DNA of 62,958 nt, filler included, from Octopus bimaculoides (lineage: Eukaryota), in assembly GCF_001194135.2 (NCBI RefSeq). It is 3 parts of 3 records of this genome, joined end to end, with 100 filler letters (N's around TTAATTAATTAA, not from the genome) between each part and the next. Parts side by side here need not be neighbours in the genome. Positions count along the whole stretch, not along the records: positions 34,144 to 62,958 come from NC_069000.1; 2 more parts are not named here. One strand, written 5' to 3'. Below, piece after piece: positions 61,581 through 62,958 of the stretch. The position numbers and the translations under genes were made by a program. The first letter of the stretch is position 1, and every line of letters starts with the position of its first letter. The notes below the pieces were generated by a model that was given only the letters and a program-made list of their open reading frames with translations, was not told the origin of the DNA and ran no database searches.

Positions 61581-61768
61581 TTAGGCACTATGCTATATCT
61601 TGAAAAACATGATAGGGTAGTCACAGATTCGATCGTAAGTCTGCTCTGTCAGAGCTGACCTGGGGCTTAAAATGAATAATAGCAACAACAACCACCAACG
61701 ACGAACCAACCTCATTTTGCTCGTGACGCGACAGAGCAATAAAGGCAAGAGAGATAGGAGATTATAAA

Positions 61769-62135
61769 CAGCACTGGAATAACCATTAAGCAAAATAAGC
61801 ACGTGCTTAGGGCATCAAGGGAGGTGGTGGGGCATCACAGAAATGGTAAATGGTTTACGGCACAAAAGAAATCACTTTAAACTTGCTAAAATAATATTCG
61901 AAGTGATTTATGTGATCGGAAATATAATTTCGAAGAGTTCATGGTGTCATAGTAAGGATTTGATCGAATATTTTACATTAAAAAATACAAATAAAGTGGG
62001 AGTGAACAAAAATACACATATAAAAATTTTGTTTTTTGGATTATTATTGTCTATATTTTGTATTACATATATATGGGGAAATCAAAATCTTCTAAGTGCT
62101 TAGGGCTTCAATGGGTCTTACTTAATCTGGCCCTC
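61769..62135. mobile_element. hAT-type non-autonomous element (MITE)
   Basis: Degenerate TIRs CAGCACTGGAATAA / TTAATCTGGCCCTC; 8-bp flanks ATTATAAA / GTTATAAG; subterminal GTGCTTAGGGC at both ends. Confidence 0.65.
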
Positions 62136-62289
62136 GTTATAAGACAAAAACAAATAAAGATTAATGTTAACAAACCATAAAAAAAAAACACGCAGCAAAA
62201 AAAATAATAATTAAATAGAAAAAGAAAACTAGGAAAAGAAAGAAACGAATAACATTTTTTTTTTACTCAAAACGTTAAAGCCAGAAATT

Positions 62290-62470
62290 TTTTAAGGCAG
62301 GGAACGAGTCTATTACATGGACCCAGTCCTCAGCTGTTATATATGCCATCGACCCCGAAAGAAGGAAAAGCAAAGTGGACCTCGGTGGAATTCGAACTCA
62401 GAACGTAAAAGCGGGCGAAAGGCCGTTAAGCGTTTTGTCCAGCGAGCTAAAAGTCTGACCGCTTGCCACC
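62290..62470 (-). mobile_element. SINE family B
   Basis: ATCGACCCCGAAAGAAGGAAAAGCAAAGTGGACCTCGG..CGAACTCAGAACG. Confidence 0.83.
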
Positions 62471-62566
62471 TTGATGATTAGCTCTAATAAAATTAAGCCA
62501 CGATAAAATTTTACCTCGAGTAACGTTGTTTTGCAAGCACACACACGTACAACATACACACACAGC

Positions 62567-62606
<40 letters not shown>

Positions 62607-62924
62607 ACACACACGCGCGCGCGCGCGCACACACATCGGTGAGGCAGAAGTGGGGGAGAAACACAGACGTATACTGGCAAGAAAGGTGGGTAGAAAGATA
62701 TACAAATGCAAAAGAAGGGAGGAATACAAAAATACACGCGTAGATAGACATGAGGAAATAGAGCGAGATGGGTGAGTGAGCGAGTGACTGAGTGAGTGAC
62801 TGACTGACTGACTGACTGAGTGAGTGAGTGAATGAGTGAGGGGAGAAATAGAGAAGTGTGTAGAGTGAGTGGGAGAGTGGAGTGAGCGAGCAAGCGAGTT
62901 AAGACCAGCATAAACAAGCCACAT

Positions 62925-62958
<34 letters not shown>

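Overview
Eukaryotic, AT-rich, repeat-dominated draft-assembly sequence, most likely octopus. The basis is a cephalopod-type mitochondrial 16S fragment, abundant tRNA-headed SINEs resembling described octopus families, and TTAGGG repeats; this is inferred, not database-checked. There are many N gaps, and two artificial TTAATTAATTAA linkers (14928, 34088) across which real adjacency is not guaranteed. No complete host gene is visible, and almost all ORF-track entries are microsatellite or N-gap artefacts. Recognisable content: a Helitron helicase/3' end, a mariner 5' end, four R4/Dong-type RT-RLE LINE relics, three CR1/L2/Jockey-type LINE relics, at least four Penelope-like relics (several with inverted terminal segments, one with a hammerhead-like motif), about 25 SINE copies from 3-4 families, a hAT-type MITE, and a 16S NUMT inserted into a dispersed repeat. 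The most striking object is an 846-bp fold-back DNA element at 58828-59673. It has 28-bp perfect TG...CA TIRs, a 4-bp TSD, ~250-bp imperfect arms each with an identical 22-bp CCAAT+CRE-like block, and a head-to-head (TTAGGG)n/(CCCTAA)n core that mimics a telomere fusion. A promoter-like island (24.2 kb), an ETS-site minisatellite and a well-formed exon (25658-25771) may mark the 5' end of an unidentified gene. Repeat boundaries were read by eye and are approximate unless junction bases are quoted.
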